This document shows, piece after piece, positions 1 through 13,769 of a DNA stretch of 25,279 nucleotides. The notes beneath the pieces are model-generated. The model was not told where the DNA came from, made no database searches, and worked only from the letters and a program-made list of their open reading frames with translations. Numbering within the stretch: position 1 is the first letter of the stretch; each line of letters opens with the position of its first letter. The position numbers and the translations under genes were made by a program. The DNA lies in assembly GCA_964016885.1 (NCBI GenBank), contig CAXHJY010000819.1, positions 1 to 25,279 of the forward strand, given 5' to 3'. This DNA comes from Eledone cirrhosa (Eukaryota).

Positions 1-240
1 ATCTTGTAAAACACCTGAAATATAGGCATTGTTAGCTTAAGAGAAACTTAAAAATAAGGAGTGGCAGCCCAATTTGAACTTGTTTATAGAATTCTTACTG
101 CCTCTGTCACTCTAAATATAGCTTAAAAGAATTAGCTTTGAAAGAGTTCCCTTTTGTTTAAACCAATCAACTTATACTGTGCTTTGTATTGAGTACCTTA
201 CTTACTATGGTTACCCCTGATTGAACCCGGGATAAACTTA
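1..240 (+). mobile_element. Degenerate Penelope-like 3' end (family C), possibly with the last codons of the GIY-YIG endonuclease
   Basis: 172-238 is homologous to the reverse complement of 9478-9543. Frame 2 reads ALLA*EKLKNKEWQPNLNLFIEFLLPLSL*, resembling the E-x-L-x-I...P-x-LN endonuclease C-terminus. Ends in (TA)n. Confidence 0.5.
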
Positions 241-287
241 TATATATATATCGACACTCGAGGAAACAATGTTTCCATTGGTCTTTC

Positions 288-841
<554 letters not shown>

Positions 842-844
842 AAT

Positions 845-1396
845 GAATAAAGTTAATATATCTGAGGGTACAAGGTACCCCCAGAAATACATAGGTTGTC
901 TATGATTCAAGTTGGTTCTATGGTAATCATTTGATATACCAGAATTTAATAACAAGATAAGCAGAACAAGTAAAATTCAACCAATTTTTCAAAATAAATC
1001 AAAATTAATTTACAATTAAAATTAATCAAAATTAAAAAAATATAATATAAATATTTACCTATTCAAATGGCCCTTACTGGACAGTTTCACTTTGCAAAAC
1101 ATTAGATATCACATGGATATTAATGGAAAAACAAAGAGCATCAGTGAAGCATTTTCCTTTCCTAGGGTTAAAAACCTCAGGAACGATAAAATATATGACC
1201 TCGTCTCCAACTGACACGAGTCTAAAGGTCGTAAAAGTGATCCGTATGTTCGCTGGTGTGAAGTGAAGGCGGGAAATCGTAGACTTGTTGTCTAAATATT
1301 TATATTATATTTTTTAATTTTGATTAATTTTAATTGTAAATTAATTTTGATTTATTTTGAAAAATTGGTTGAATTTTGCTTGTTCTGCTTATCTTG
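845..1396 (-). mobile_element. Fold-back element: ~104-bp inverted arms (953-1057 / 1293-1396) around a 235-bp spacer, plus a one-sided extension 845-952; probable PLE-derived fragment
   Basis: Arms differ by one substitution and one homopolymer indel. The spacer holds a degenerate hammerhead-like motif on minus (CTGATG...caaagt GAAAC TGTC). Confidence 0.55.
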
Positions 1397-1397
1397 A

Positions 1398-2981
<1,584 letters not shown>

Positions 2982-3498
2982 GAGAGAGAATAAGGAAATG
3001 CTATGTAGTTTAGATGTTAAAGTACTATACTGATAATGCCGTGTTACATATTTCACTGACGACAGTGGGTCTGCGATTCTACGTAATACCTAGTGCCATG
3101 ATCCCATCAGCCAGCTTCGTACATAATAAGGTTACAATCGAAATGGGAGTAAGATTATATACAAAACAGGGATTATAGAAAAAAAGTAGGATTGAAAACA
3201 GCAAGGAAATATATTTTTAAAATCTATTTTTTCTTCTCTGATCCGTCAAAGTGACATTATTGGAAATATGAGAACAACATTTTTTTTAAATTTAAAAAGC
3301 AGTTTTATAAAGTATTTAAAATATATATAATATAACTGGTTTCAATGTAATCCATCTTATCAAATATTAAATATTACAATTGAAAAAGTGTTAAAAAGAA
3401 TTAAAATTTAAAAATTAGCTGTTGCAGGCCTGTCCATCTGTCATGTTGGGAAGATAACTGGGTTTATATATCTATCTCTCTCTATATATATATACATA

Positions 3499-3529
3499 TT
3501 TATAAATATAGTTTCCATTTATTTAATAT

Positions 3530-3534
<5 letters not shown>
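3499..3534 (+). mobile_element. Very short family A fragment
   Basis: tttataaatatagtttccatttatttaatatcattg matches 4657-4692 and 20666-20698. Confidence 0.7.
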
Positions 3535-3566
<32 letters not shown>

Positions 3567-3611
3567 CACACACACGCACATATATATATATGCATTTACA
3601 TATATATATTT

Positions 3612-3642
<31 letters not shown>

Positions 3643-3664
3643 ATTGGTGTTGGATGCTTAAAAC

Positions 3665-4029
3665 GTCGATATGCGGTAGGCCGTATGAGCACTCGATGAC
3701 CTCGTAGAGCAGAGTATGATATCACAAAAAAAAAGGGAATCAGTGTTGCGACGGAAGTATTTATTGGACATATTACAATTGTTTCTCGGGCGACCAGCTC
3801 GAGGCACGATCAAACCTGACTCTGAAATCGCACGGTCCTCGGATACGTCTCGATTCTACGAAGCAGATTCGATCACCACACCGGTCGTGCCTCGAGCTGG
3901 TCGCCCGAGAAACACTTGTAAAATGTCCAATAAATTCCTTTCGTCGCAACACTGATTCTCTTTTTTCTGTGATATCATTCTCTGCTCTACGAGGGCATTG
4001 AGGGCTCAGACGGTCTACCGCATGTGGAC
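3665..4029. mobile_element. Fold-back/MITE-like element, 147-bp imperfect inverted arms (3665-3811 / 3883-4029) with 71-bp spacer
   Basis: For example tgtttctcgggcgaccagctcgaggcacga vs tcgtgcctcgagctggtcgcccgagaaaca. Flanked by TA/CA repeats. Confidence 0.8.
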
Positions 4030-4118
4030 ATATATATACATATATATATGTGTGTGTGTGTGTTTGCGTGTAAATATATATATGTAAATATATATATATA
4101 TATATGTGTGCGTGTGTG

Positions 4119-4172
<54 letters not shown>

Positions 4173-4223
4173 CAATGATATTAAATAAATGGAAACTATA
4201 TTTATAAAACCATATTTATTCTA

Positions 4224-4273
4224 TTATATATATTTCAAAGGTACCAAAACTTTGTTACGTTCTCATCAGATAA
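4224..4273 (-). ncRNA. Hammerhead-like motif (family A, minus copy)
   Basis: ttat CTGATGA gaacgtaacaaagttttggtaccttt GAAA tatat ataa. Confidence 0.55.
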
Positions 4274-4591
4274 AATACAAAGTTTGCTTTATAAATGTTG
4301 ACATACCCAAGAAAAGATACCTTACCGGTTCAAGTTTTTCTTGGATAGTGAAGGAAGAGAGAGGAAAAGTCAGATATTTCAAATTATTAAGATCAATATG
4401 CAAATTAGATTGAGGTATAGGGATGAAAAAACGTTATTATTAGACGCTATGCAGAATTTAAATAATTAGGATATATGTATGTATAAGTTGGGGGAAAAAA
4501 AAAGAAAGAAGAGCTTTATTTACGTTAATTTAAAAGGAATTAAGGTATCTTTTCTTGGTTATGACAAAATTTATAAAACAAACTTTGTATT

Positions 4592-4641
4592 TTATCTGAT
4601 GAAAGCGTACCAAAGTTTTCGTACCCTTGAAATATATATAA
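4592..4641 (+). ncRNA. Hammerhead-like motif (family A, plus copy)
   Basis: ttat CTGATGA aag-c-gtac-caaagttttc-gtac-c-ctt GAAA tatat ataa. Confidence 0.6.
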
Positions 4642-4788
4642 TAGAATAATTATGGTTTTATAAATATAGTTTTCATTTACTTAATATCATTGAATATTAT
4701 ACTCCAGAAAACTGTCGAGTACTCTGAATCAGTTATAAACATTTATATTTGTTAAACTACCAATAAAATAAATATATCTTTTGCTTAT

Positions 4789-4845
<57 letters not shown>

Positions 4846-4892
4846 ATATAATGAAGGAAAAGAGAAGAAGAGTCAGATATATATACATATAT

Positions 4893-5055
4893 AGTGAAGG
4901 TATGTGACTGAGTGGTTAGAGAATCGGATTCACAATCGTAAGGTTGTGAGTTCGGTTCCCGAACCGGGCGATGTGTTATGTCCTTCATCAAGAAACTTTA
5001 TTTCACGTTGATCCTTCTACGTGGAGTTACGACCAATAGATAGCATTAGCAATTG
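4893..5055 (+). mobile_element. tRNA-derived SINE
   Basis: A-box-like gTGACTGAGTGG, B-box-like gaGTTCGGTTCC, then a tgtccttcatcaagaaacttt body. Second copy at 288-420. Confidence 0.8.
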
Positions 5056-5074
5056 AATGTTGATATATGTATAT

Positions 5075-5300
5075 ATGTAAAAGGTAAACAGAAATAACAA
5101 CACAATCGGTACAGTATATGGAAGGGATATATTAGGTTAACCCTGGATATAGAAGAGGGTGATAACGTTTCCGACGCTAGTCCTTCATCAGAAGAAATAA
5201 TGAGAAATAAGATGATAGATTGAGGGGACGGGCGGGATGGAATTGGAAAAAAATGTCTTTAGATCAAAATAAGAGGTACATTCATGTTGACATTTCTCGG
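5075..5300 (-). mobile_element. Family D PLE-like 3' end with minimal hammerhead at 5162-5195
   Basis: Reverse complement aligns with 9800-10025. Minus strand reads tctt CTGATGA aggac tagc gtcg GAAAC GTT a. Confidence 0.75.
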
Positions 5301-5646
5301 AAAACTGTTGATGCTGGCGTTTTGTGTATAATTTTTTTTTTTTACAAAAGTGAATGATGGAGTGCGTCTACCTGAAATGGAAAAAGAAAAACCTTTTCGT
5401 ATAATGAGCTATACTTGTGCGCGTGCGTATGCATGCATGTGTGTGTGTTTATACGTCCGTACGAAGCTAAGAAGAAATGTGTGTGTATATGTAAGTAAAA
5501 GAGTGTGTGTGTGCATGTAAGTACGAAGCTATGAGCAAAATTATGTTAACCTAAGGGTGCGTATGTGTGTAAACGGAGCTGTGAAGGGAAAAGTGGAGTG
5601 TGCTTATTTTATCAATCTCCGCCTATTCCGTATATTGTGCAACAAT

Positions 5647-5972
5647 CACCACCTGTTGGTCACCTGTAAACACAGGTATATTTGTAAAACACCCCACCTA
5701 TAAACAAAGGTATATTTGTAAAACTCCCCACCTGGAAATACAGGTATATTTGTAACAATCCCCACCTGTAAACACAGGTATATTTGTAAAACTCCCCACC
5801 TGGAAACACAGGTATATTTGTAATGATCCCCACCTGTAAACACAGGTATATTTGTAAAACCCCCCGCCTATAATCACGGGTATATATGTAACAATCTCCA
5901 CCTGTTCCTTACCTGTAAACACATGTATATTTGTAACAACCCCCAGCTGTTCCTTACCTGTAAACACATGTA
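5647..5972. repeat. ~30-31 bp minisatellite (cacctgtaaacacaggtatatttgtaaaacnccc), about 10 degenerate units
   Basis: Repeated unit with internal ACCTG...CAGGT inverted repeat. Confidence 0.9.
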
Positions 5973-5977
5973 TAACC

Positions 5978-6240
5978 GCATTAACCATTTAACCATCAAT
6001 TGCCACCATTTTCAAACTCAGTTACCTGTGCAAATATCTCAGGTATAATTGCATTAATTATTTAACCACCTACTACCATTATTTTCAAACACAGTTACCT
6101 GTGCAACTATCTCAGGTATAATTGCATTAATTATTTAACCACCTACTACCATTATTTTCAAACACAGTTACCTGTGCAACTATCTCAGGTATAATTGCAT
6201 TAACCATTTAACCACCAATTGCCACAATTTCCAAATACAG
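5978..6240. repeat. 73-bp tandem repeat, about 3.5 copies
   Basis: ttttcaaac recurs at 6009, 6082 and 6155. Confidence 0.9.
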
Positions 6241-6915
6241 GCACGTCTGCACATATCTACGATTGACAAGCACCTGTAGACGTATTTATATTCACTTTAA
6301 CTATCGACAGACTTTACCTTCAAAACTATAAACTATAACGTTAGAAAAATCAAACGAAAGAAAATCAAACCATTCTACAGAAGTCTGGCAGCCATATTTA
6401 TCCATTTTATCCATTTTATCCATTTTATCCACTGAAAAACAAAACCAATTCTTTCTTGAGAAACAATATAAATGAAATTCATTGGAATCTAGTGACGAAA
6501 CTTCTTGGTAAAGTTAAAAGTGGAATGCGTACTGCGTATTGTGATGCATAAAATGAAGGGGGAAAATTATGAAGCGCATAAAATTGTTTCATAGCCAGAA
6601 ACGAATAAACCTTTACCGTATATAACAAAGGAAATTGAACGCCTCAAACACTCAATATAATAGATGGCGGACTGGCGACGTGGTGGTGAGAGGAAATAAT
6701 ATCAAAAAATAAACATAAGTGGTCTAGAGAGAAATATATTTCCATATTTCATACATATTTTACGGATACGTTCAAGCTATTTACCACACTGTTCGTGTAT
6801 AATGGCGTCTGAAAGAGAAGGAAAGCAACATCAGTTAGTCACAGTTGTAACTCTTGTCTCTGTGTGAGAGGTTTCTAATAGATAGATAAATAGATAGATA
6901 GATGGATAAAGAGGG

Positions 6916-6978
<63 letters not shown>

Positions 6979-7055
6979 TTGATAGATAGATAAAAAGGGA
7001 GATAGATAGTTATATGTATATATATATATACATATACAAATATATATACATACAC

Positions 7056-7104
<49 letters not shown>

Positions 7105-7304
7105 TAAAGGGATTGATAGATAGATACACTAGCATGTTTAAGAGGATACATATTTAAAACCAGAGCATATATATATATATATATATGCATGTATATGTAT
7201 ATATATATATGCATACACACATATATATGTATGTTTATATATATATGAAGTTTATATTATGTTACACATATATATCTATATATATATATATATCCATATA
7301 TACA

Positions 7305-7351
<47 letters not shown>

Positions 7352-7418
7352 GACATATAGATAGATCTACATACATACATATCTATATAAGTACACACAC
7401 ACAACACACTTTATATAT

Positions 7419-7452
<34 letters not shown>

Positions 7453-7991
7453 CATATACACAAGCATCTGTACAACAGATAGAGAAACTATAGATACAGA
7501 GAAACATAGAATCACAGAAACACAGAAAAGAGAAATAAAAATGGAGTGGAGGAGAGGGAGTTTAAACAAAGAAAACATAATAAATATGTAATAAATAATA
7601 AAACGACAACAACAACTTCAACAACAACAGCAACAACCACAGTAACAAGAACAATAACAAGAACAATATGAGTGAATATAAAACAAAACCAAATGTGAAG
7701 ACCAACATTAAATCTATAAACATTGACAATATAAATCAGAAATATAGACGTAAGCACAAAAGATGTGCTTACGTTAAAAATAATAAAAATGCTATAATCA
7801 AAGGGACGGGCTTTGCCGCTTACGTACCGAATATTGACCAATGGACGCTGAAATACAACTAGACGAACGAATATTATATGAACTAAGTTGAATAATAGAT
7901 GGGAGTTGATAAATGGAAAAGAAGATGAAGAAGAAAATAGTGGAACTAGAATAACAATTGTACAATAAAAAAAACTAAACCAGTCATACAC

Positions 7992-8036
<45 letters not shown>

Positions 8037-8241
8037 TAGATATATATATATATATATATATGTATGTATACATGTGTGTGTATGTATATCTATTTCTCTC
8101 TATATATATATCTATATGTATATATAGTGCGTGTATGTGTATTAATATATATATATATATATGTATATCTATTTATCTATCTATATATATATGCTTCTAT
8201 GTGTGTATATATGTATATATTAAGATGCTTGTATATGTATA

Positions 8242-8288
<47 letters not shown>

Positions 8289-8399
8289 TTCTATGTGTGT
8301 ATATATGTATATATTAATATGCTTGTATATGTATATATATATATATACATATATATATATGTATACATATATTGATATGCTTGTGTGTGTATATATATA

Positions 8400-8440
<41 letters not shown>

Positions 8441-8990
8441 ATATATTTATATGCTTATATATATACATATATATATACACACACACACACATCTAAGTGC
8501 AGAAAGTTCTAGAAACTAGGAACTGGGAAATAATGAATATGAAAATATAAAAATATGAAAATATGAAAATCTGAAAACATTCTAAACGAGGAAATAATGG
8601 AATGTGGAAGAGTATACAATAAAACAAAACAAGAGAAACACATAACAAACGTCCACACTACCCTTGAAGCTTAGACATATAGTGAAGAATGTTTAAATAG
8701 ATGCAGAACATAAAGACGTTGTCTTTCGAGAATAAATAAGATATGGATAAGAGAATCGCCAGTGCACCGCCCAAGATGAGATGTTTCACGCTAAGACGCA
8801 GGAGTAAAATGGAATGTGAGGACATCAAACGTAACGATTATTTCGTTTGTCCAAAACAAACTTCGTCTTGGAAATGTCCAATAGAACTACATTGTAAAAT
8901 TTGTAAAAGCAGAAAACAGACACACACACACACACACACACACACCCAGACACAGACTAACACACATACACACATATATATATATATACA

Positions 8991-9038
<48 letters not shown>

Positions 9039-9051
9039 CACATACATATAT

Positions 9052-9086
<35 letters not shown>

Positions 9087-9266
9087 AGTATTGAAATTCC
9101 GTTGAAAATTGAAAAAGTCATAGGAGTGAAGAGTGCTCTATGTAAGTTACAGAGCTAAATTTAATGTATAATAAATTCGTCTTATTCGGGAAACCTCTGG
9201 TAATGAGGTAATTATATTGTATTGTTAATTATACATTATATATATATATAGAGAGAGAGATAGATA

Positions 9267-9460
9267 TAACGAAGGAGGTTTGGTAAGGAACCAGATGGAC
9301 CATAACGCACCAAAGTACTCAATACTTAGAGTAGTAGAGTGGGTAATAGGAAAACGTTTAACCCCGACGGCAGAGCTGAAGCTGTTTCGACGGCCATTTC
9401 TGGACTCAGAAATAGCCGTCGAAACGACTTCAGCCCTGCCGTTGGGGTTAAACTGTTTCT
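9267..9460 (-). mobile_element. Family B element ending in a 98-bp imperfect palindrome (9356-9453)
   Basis: Homologous to 13554-13756 and to 23987-24107 (opposite strand). Confidence 0.75.
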
Positions 9461-9476
9461 CATATATATATATATA

Positions 9477-9657
9477 CGTTATTCCGGGTTGAAACGGAGG
9501 TAACCACAGTATGTAAGGTACTCAATACATTGCAGAGTATAAAAGTTTTAATATAGATGAGATTCTACAGGACTAGAACTGTTTCATTCTTTAGAAATCA
9601 TCAGAGATTCCTGAGGATTTCTAAAGAATGAAACAGTTCTAGTCCTGTAGAATCTCA

Positions 9658-9664
<7 letters not shown>
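9477..9664 (-). mobile_element. Family C element capped by a 114-bp near-perfect palindrome with two back-to-back hammerhead cores
   Basis: 54-bp arms 9551-9604 / 9611-9664 with one mismatch. CTGA(T/G)GA tttctaaagaat GAAAC agttc on both strands. 3' part homologous to 172-238. Confidence 0.75.
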
Positions 9665-9699
<35 letters not shown>

Positions 9700-9799
9700 A
9701 AGCAAAGAAAATTTCAAGGATACGAAACATTTCCTGGTGGAAGTTCAGATGTACTCCGGGTTGGTATCCAGTTTCGGGGTGAAAATCGAATTAGAAAAT

Positions 9800-10025
9800 C
9801 CAAGAGATGTCAAAATGAATGGACCTGTTATTTTTATCTAAAGACATTTTTTCCAATTCCAACCCACCCGTCCCTTCAATCTATCTTATTTCTCATTCTT
9901 TCTTCTGATGAAAGACTAACGTCCGAAACGTTAAGACCCTCTTCCTGCTATATCAAGCGTTAACCTTATATATCCCTTCCATATACTGTACCGATTGTGT
10001 TGTTATTTCTGTTTACCTTTTACAT
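9800..10025 (+). mobile_element. Family D PLE-like 3' end
   Basis: Inverted homolog of 5075-5300; diverged relative at 18770-18915. Confidence 0.75.
9901..9936 (+). ncRNA. Minimal type I hammerhead ribozyme motif
   Basis: TCTT CTGATGA aagac taac gtcc GAA ACGT T AAGA. Helix I TCTT/AAGA, palindromic ACGT helix III, predicted GUU site. Confidence 0.7.
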
Positions 10026-10034
10026 ATATACATA

Positions 10035-10157
<123 letters not shown>

Positions 10158-10474
10158 CGACAAACCATATCAACATGGAATATTTGGAAAAGTAATGTGA
10201 AAAAGATGAGTAGAAATTCAAGTGGGTGGTGTGTGAGAGAGAGAGCGGGAGGGGTGACGTGGAGGGGGGCAGGGGTGAAGTATGAGGGTGGGGTGGGTGT
10301 TGAAGGGTGGATAAACGAAGATTTAAATATGGGTGCAGTGAGGTGAAACGAACTGCAGCGAGGTGCAGCCTGGTAATTTGAGGCAATATCGCAGGACAAA
10401 CGGATATGAGACAAGAACGTGTCAGTGACTTTATAACTGACAATAACGATGACAGCATGGAGATATCTTTGATG

Positions 10475-10496
10475 GCTACTACTACTACTACTGGTG

Positions 10497-10534
<38 letters not shown>

Positions 10535-10682
10535 GCTGATACTACTACTACTACTACTACTACTACTGCTGATACTACTACTGCTACTGGTACTACTACC
10601 ACTGGTGCTACTACTACTACTGCTACTACCACTACTACTACTACTACTGCTGCTGATACTACTACTGCTACTACTACTGGTA

Positions 10683-10717
<35 letters not shown>

Positions 10718-10935
10718 GGTGCTACTACTATTACTACTACTACTACTACTGCTGATACTACTACTGCTACTGGTACTACTACTGGTACTACTACTGCTAC
10801 TACTGGTGCTACTACTACTACTGCTACTACCGCTACTACTACTACTACTACTACTGCTACTGGTACTACTACTACTACTACTGGTACTACCACTACTACT
10901 ACTACTACTACTGCTCCTGCTGATACTACTGCTAC
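10475..10935. repeat. (ACT)n compound triplet repeat with GCT/GGT/GAT variants
   Basis: Direct inspection. Confidence 0.95.
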
Positions 10936-11671
10936 TGAAAGGTGTTATATGGTGGACGATATTGAGAGGACTGAGGACAGATGCCTTTCTCTCCGGACAA
11001 AAACTCATTCCCTTCTTTAGGTACCACTTTAGAAGGAGAATCAGAGTGGAGAGAGAGGCACTGCACCCCAGTAAATTTACTGAAAGGTGTTATATGGTGG
11101 ACGAGGTTGACAGGACTGAGGACAGATGCCTTTGTCTCCGGCCAACAACTCATTCCCTTCATTAGGTACCACTTTAGAGGGAGAATCAGAGTGGAGAGAG
11201 AGAGGCACTGCCCCCCAGTAAATTTACTGAAAGGTGTTATATGGTGGACGAGGTTGAGAGGACTGAGGACAGATGCCTTTCTCTCCGGCCAACAACTCAT
11301 TCCTTTCTTTAGGTACCACTTTAGATGGAGAATCAGAGGGGAGAGAGAGAGGCAATGCACCTCAATAAATTTACCGAAAGGGGTTATATGGTGGATGAGG
11401 TTGAGAGGACTGAGGACAGATGCCTTTCTCTCCGGACAACTCATTCCCTTCTTTAGGTACCACTTTAGAAGGAGAATCAGAGTGGAAAGAAATAGGCACT
11501 GCACCCCAGTAAATTTACTGAAAGGGGTTATATGGTGGACGAGATTGAGAGGACTGAGGACAGACGCCTTTCTCTCCGGACAACTCATTCCCTTCTTTAG
11601 GTACCACTTTAGAAGGAGAATCAGAGTGGAGAGAGAGAGGCACTGCACCCCAGTAAATTTATTGAAAGGTG
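10933..11671 (+). repeat. Tandem array, 5 units of 145/147/147/144/144 bp
   Basis: Units start at 10933, 11078, 11225, 11372 and 11516, with a partial unit at 11660. Confidence 0.95.
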
Positions 11672-11970
11672 GGTAAATGTGGCAAAAATGACCCGAGTGT
11701 TTGGGCCTTCTCTGTTTATAAACCTGTAGGTTGAAAAAGATAGCAAAAGGAAGAAAGGCGCACTTGCACAACACGCTCGTGGAGTTGAGGGTTGTTCTAT
11801 CGACGGGGTATTAAACAACCCATTCGTGGCGCCTCCCCCCTATTGGGGTTCTCGATTGTTGAATTTCTTTGTTTAAAGATTTTTTTTTACACGATTGTAT
11901 GAAAAATCCCCGGCATGTGTCTTTGTAGTGTCTACTTTTCTTGTGCGCCCTTGTGGCTAATAAAGAAATA
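10933..11970 (+). mobile_element. 3' end of an L1/Tx1-like non-LTR retrotransposon (ORF2 C-terminus + 3' UTR), internally amplified
   Basis: Reconstructed peptide KGVIWWTRLRGLRTDAFLSGQKLIPFFRYHFRRRIRVEREALHPSKFIERWVNVAKMTRVFGPSLFINL* (TAG 11727-11729) has the K..IW..R and F...W pattern of L1/Tx1 ORF2 ends. AATAAA at 11959-11964. Confidence 0.6.
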
Positions 11971-12014
11971 TGTCTACCTATCTGTCTCTCCATCAATCAA
12001 TCTCTTTCTCCCCT

Positions 12015-12081
<67 letters not shown>

Positions 12082-12154
12082 CTGTGTGGGTGTCTGTGTG
12101 TGACTATCTATATTTACGTGTCTCTTTATATATCTAACTATCTATATGTCCATC

Positions 12155-12336
12155 TATACCCCCCCCCATCTATCTCTCCCCCCTCTCTCTCTCTCTCTCT
12201 CCCTCTCTTTCTCTCTCCCCATCTATCTATCCCCTCTCTCTCTCCCCATCTATCTCTCCCCCCTCTCTCTCTCTCTCTCCTCTCTCTCTCTCCCCCCATC
12301 TATCTCTCCCCTCTCTCTCTCTCCCCATCTATCTCT

Positions 12337-12382
<46 letters not shown>

Positions 12383-12437
12383 TCTTTCTCTCTCCCCTCA
12401 CTCTGTCTCCCCTCTCTCTCCTCCCTCTCTCTCTCTT
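12155..12437. repeat. Compound (CT)n polypyrimidine tract with ccccatctat subunits
   Basis: Direct inspection. Confidence 0.9.
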
Positions 12438-12455
12438 TATATATACATATATATT

Positions 12456-12494
<39 letters not shown>

Positions 12495-12603
12495 CATTTA
12501 TATATATATTTATATATAGACACACATACACGCGTGCATTCGTACATCTTTACATCTTTACATCTATATAATGAGGATTTAAATCGATATACGATGATAT
12601 ATG

Positions 12604-12662
<59 letters not shown>

Positions 12663-12694
12663 TACGCGTTTATATCTATATAATAAGGATTTAA

Positions 12695-12743
<49 letters not shown>

Positions 12744-12987
12744 TAGCTTTGTTCCAACACTCATAACCATTATTAGCTCCTACATCTCGTCACTCACCCC
12801 TCGTTCCTGTCCACCTCCTCCCATCCCTCTCATTCCTGCCCCCCTCCCTCACCCCACCTCCTTCAACAGGTTCTCTTTACCACACGGATCTTTTCCACGG
12901 TAAATTGTTCAGGAGAGCAGAACAATAGACGGCATGCAACTCAGGCATGAACATTGCGAATGTAAATATATTTCCACACTAGCTCCC

Positions 12988-13026
12988 CCTGCCTGCCTGT
13001 CTGTCTGTCTGTGTGTCTGTCTGGCG

Positions 13027-13063
<37 letters not shown>

Positions 13064-13445
13064 TCTGTCTGTCTGTCTCTCTGACTGGTTTGTTTCCTGG
13101 CCGGCCGGTTGTATATCAGGAATTCTATGTGTGAATCTCCCTATTTCTGTGTTTCCGTCTGTCCGTCTCGCTGCTCGTCTATCTGTCTGTCTCTCCCTTT
13201 CTATCTCTCTCTCGTTCTCTCTTTTTCTCGCTGCCTGTCTCTCTCTATCGTTCTCTCTCTCTCTCTCGTTCTCTCTCTCTCTCTCTCTCTCTCTCGTTCT
13301 CTCTTTCTCCCTGCCTGTCTCTCTCTCTCGTTCTCTCTCTGCCTCTCTCTCTCTCTCTCTCTCTCGTTCTCTCTCTCTCGTTCTCTCTTTCTCCCTGCCT
13401 CTCTCTCTCTCGTTCTCTCTTTCTCTCTGCCTGTCTGTCTCTCTA
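12988..13445. repeat. Compound (CTGT)n/(GGCT)n/(CT)n repeats with CGTT and GCCT interruptions
   Basis: Direct inspection. Confidence 0.85.
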
Positions 13446-13522
13446 GCTGACTGCATGTATGTCTGCCTGTTTGTCTATCAGGCGGGCTGGTTGGTTTCCT
13501 GGATGGCCGGCTGTATATTAAG

Positions 13523-13553
<31 letters not shown>

Positions 13554-13556
<3 letters not shown>

Positions 13557-13756
13557 CAAAGATAGTATGATAAGGAACCAGGTTGACCATAATGCATCAG
13601 AGAACTCGATATTTAGGGTAGTACAGTGTGTAATAGGAAATGAATCAGGACCCCGACAGCCGAGTTCTGGCCTTTTCGACAGCTAGATCCGAACGTTCAG
13701 AACTAGCTGTCGAAACGGCCGCAGCTCAGCCGTCGGGGTCCTGACTCTTTTCCTAT
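13554..13756 (-). mobile_element. Family B element (diverged) ending in a 122-bp imperfect palindrome (13634-13755)
   Basis: Colinear with 9267-9460; palindrome centred on gaac|gttc (13691-13698). Confidence 0.7.
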
Positions 13757-13769
13757 ATATATATATAAT

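Larger units (their letters stand above)
4173..4785 (+). mobile_element. Family A PLE-like 3' end with inverted pLTR (arms 4173-4324 / 4541-4692) and ~90-bp extension on the plus copy
   Basis: 152-bp imperfect inverted repeat, each arm with a CTGATGA...GAAA core. Homologous to 14431-14748 and 20411-20700. Confidence 0.75.

Noticed and set aside
1059-1291. Apparent minus-strand exon (tttag...ag|gtaaat)
   Set aside because: All three frames contain stops, and the splice-like sites are the edges of the inverted arms.
4893-4965. tRNA gene
   Set aside because: No complete cloverleaf; it continues into a SINE body shared with 288-420.
6398-6432. (TTTTATCCA)x4 resembling DnaA boxes
   Set aside because: Eukaryotic context; simple 9-bp tandem repeat.
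8680-8725. Possible decayed hammerhead (gTGAAGA atgtt...aacat aaag acgttgtc)
   Set aside because: Both core boxes are altered and there is no second copy to confirm it.
10406-11020. Mucin-like Thr-rich ORF
   Set aside because: Almost pure ACT codons, open in several frames, no signal peptide or splice support, and it runs into a LINE-derived repeat.
10933-11671. Tandem array as retrozyme or CRISPR array
   Set aside because: No unique spacers. CTGAGGA and GAAA do not assemble into valid hammerhead helices; a LINE origin explains it better.
12557-12703. 35-bp direct repeat with TCTATATAAT (Helitron 5'-like)
   Set aside because: Too short and AT-rich; best explained as a local duplication.
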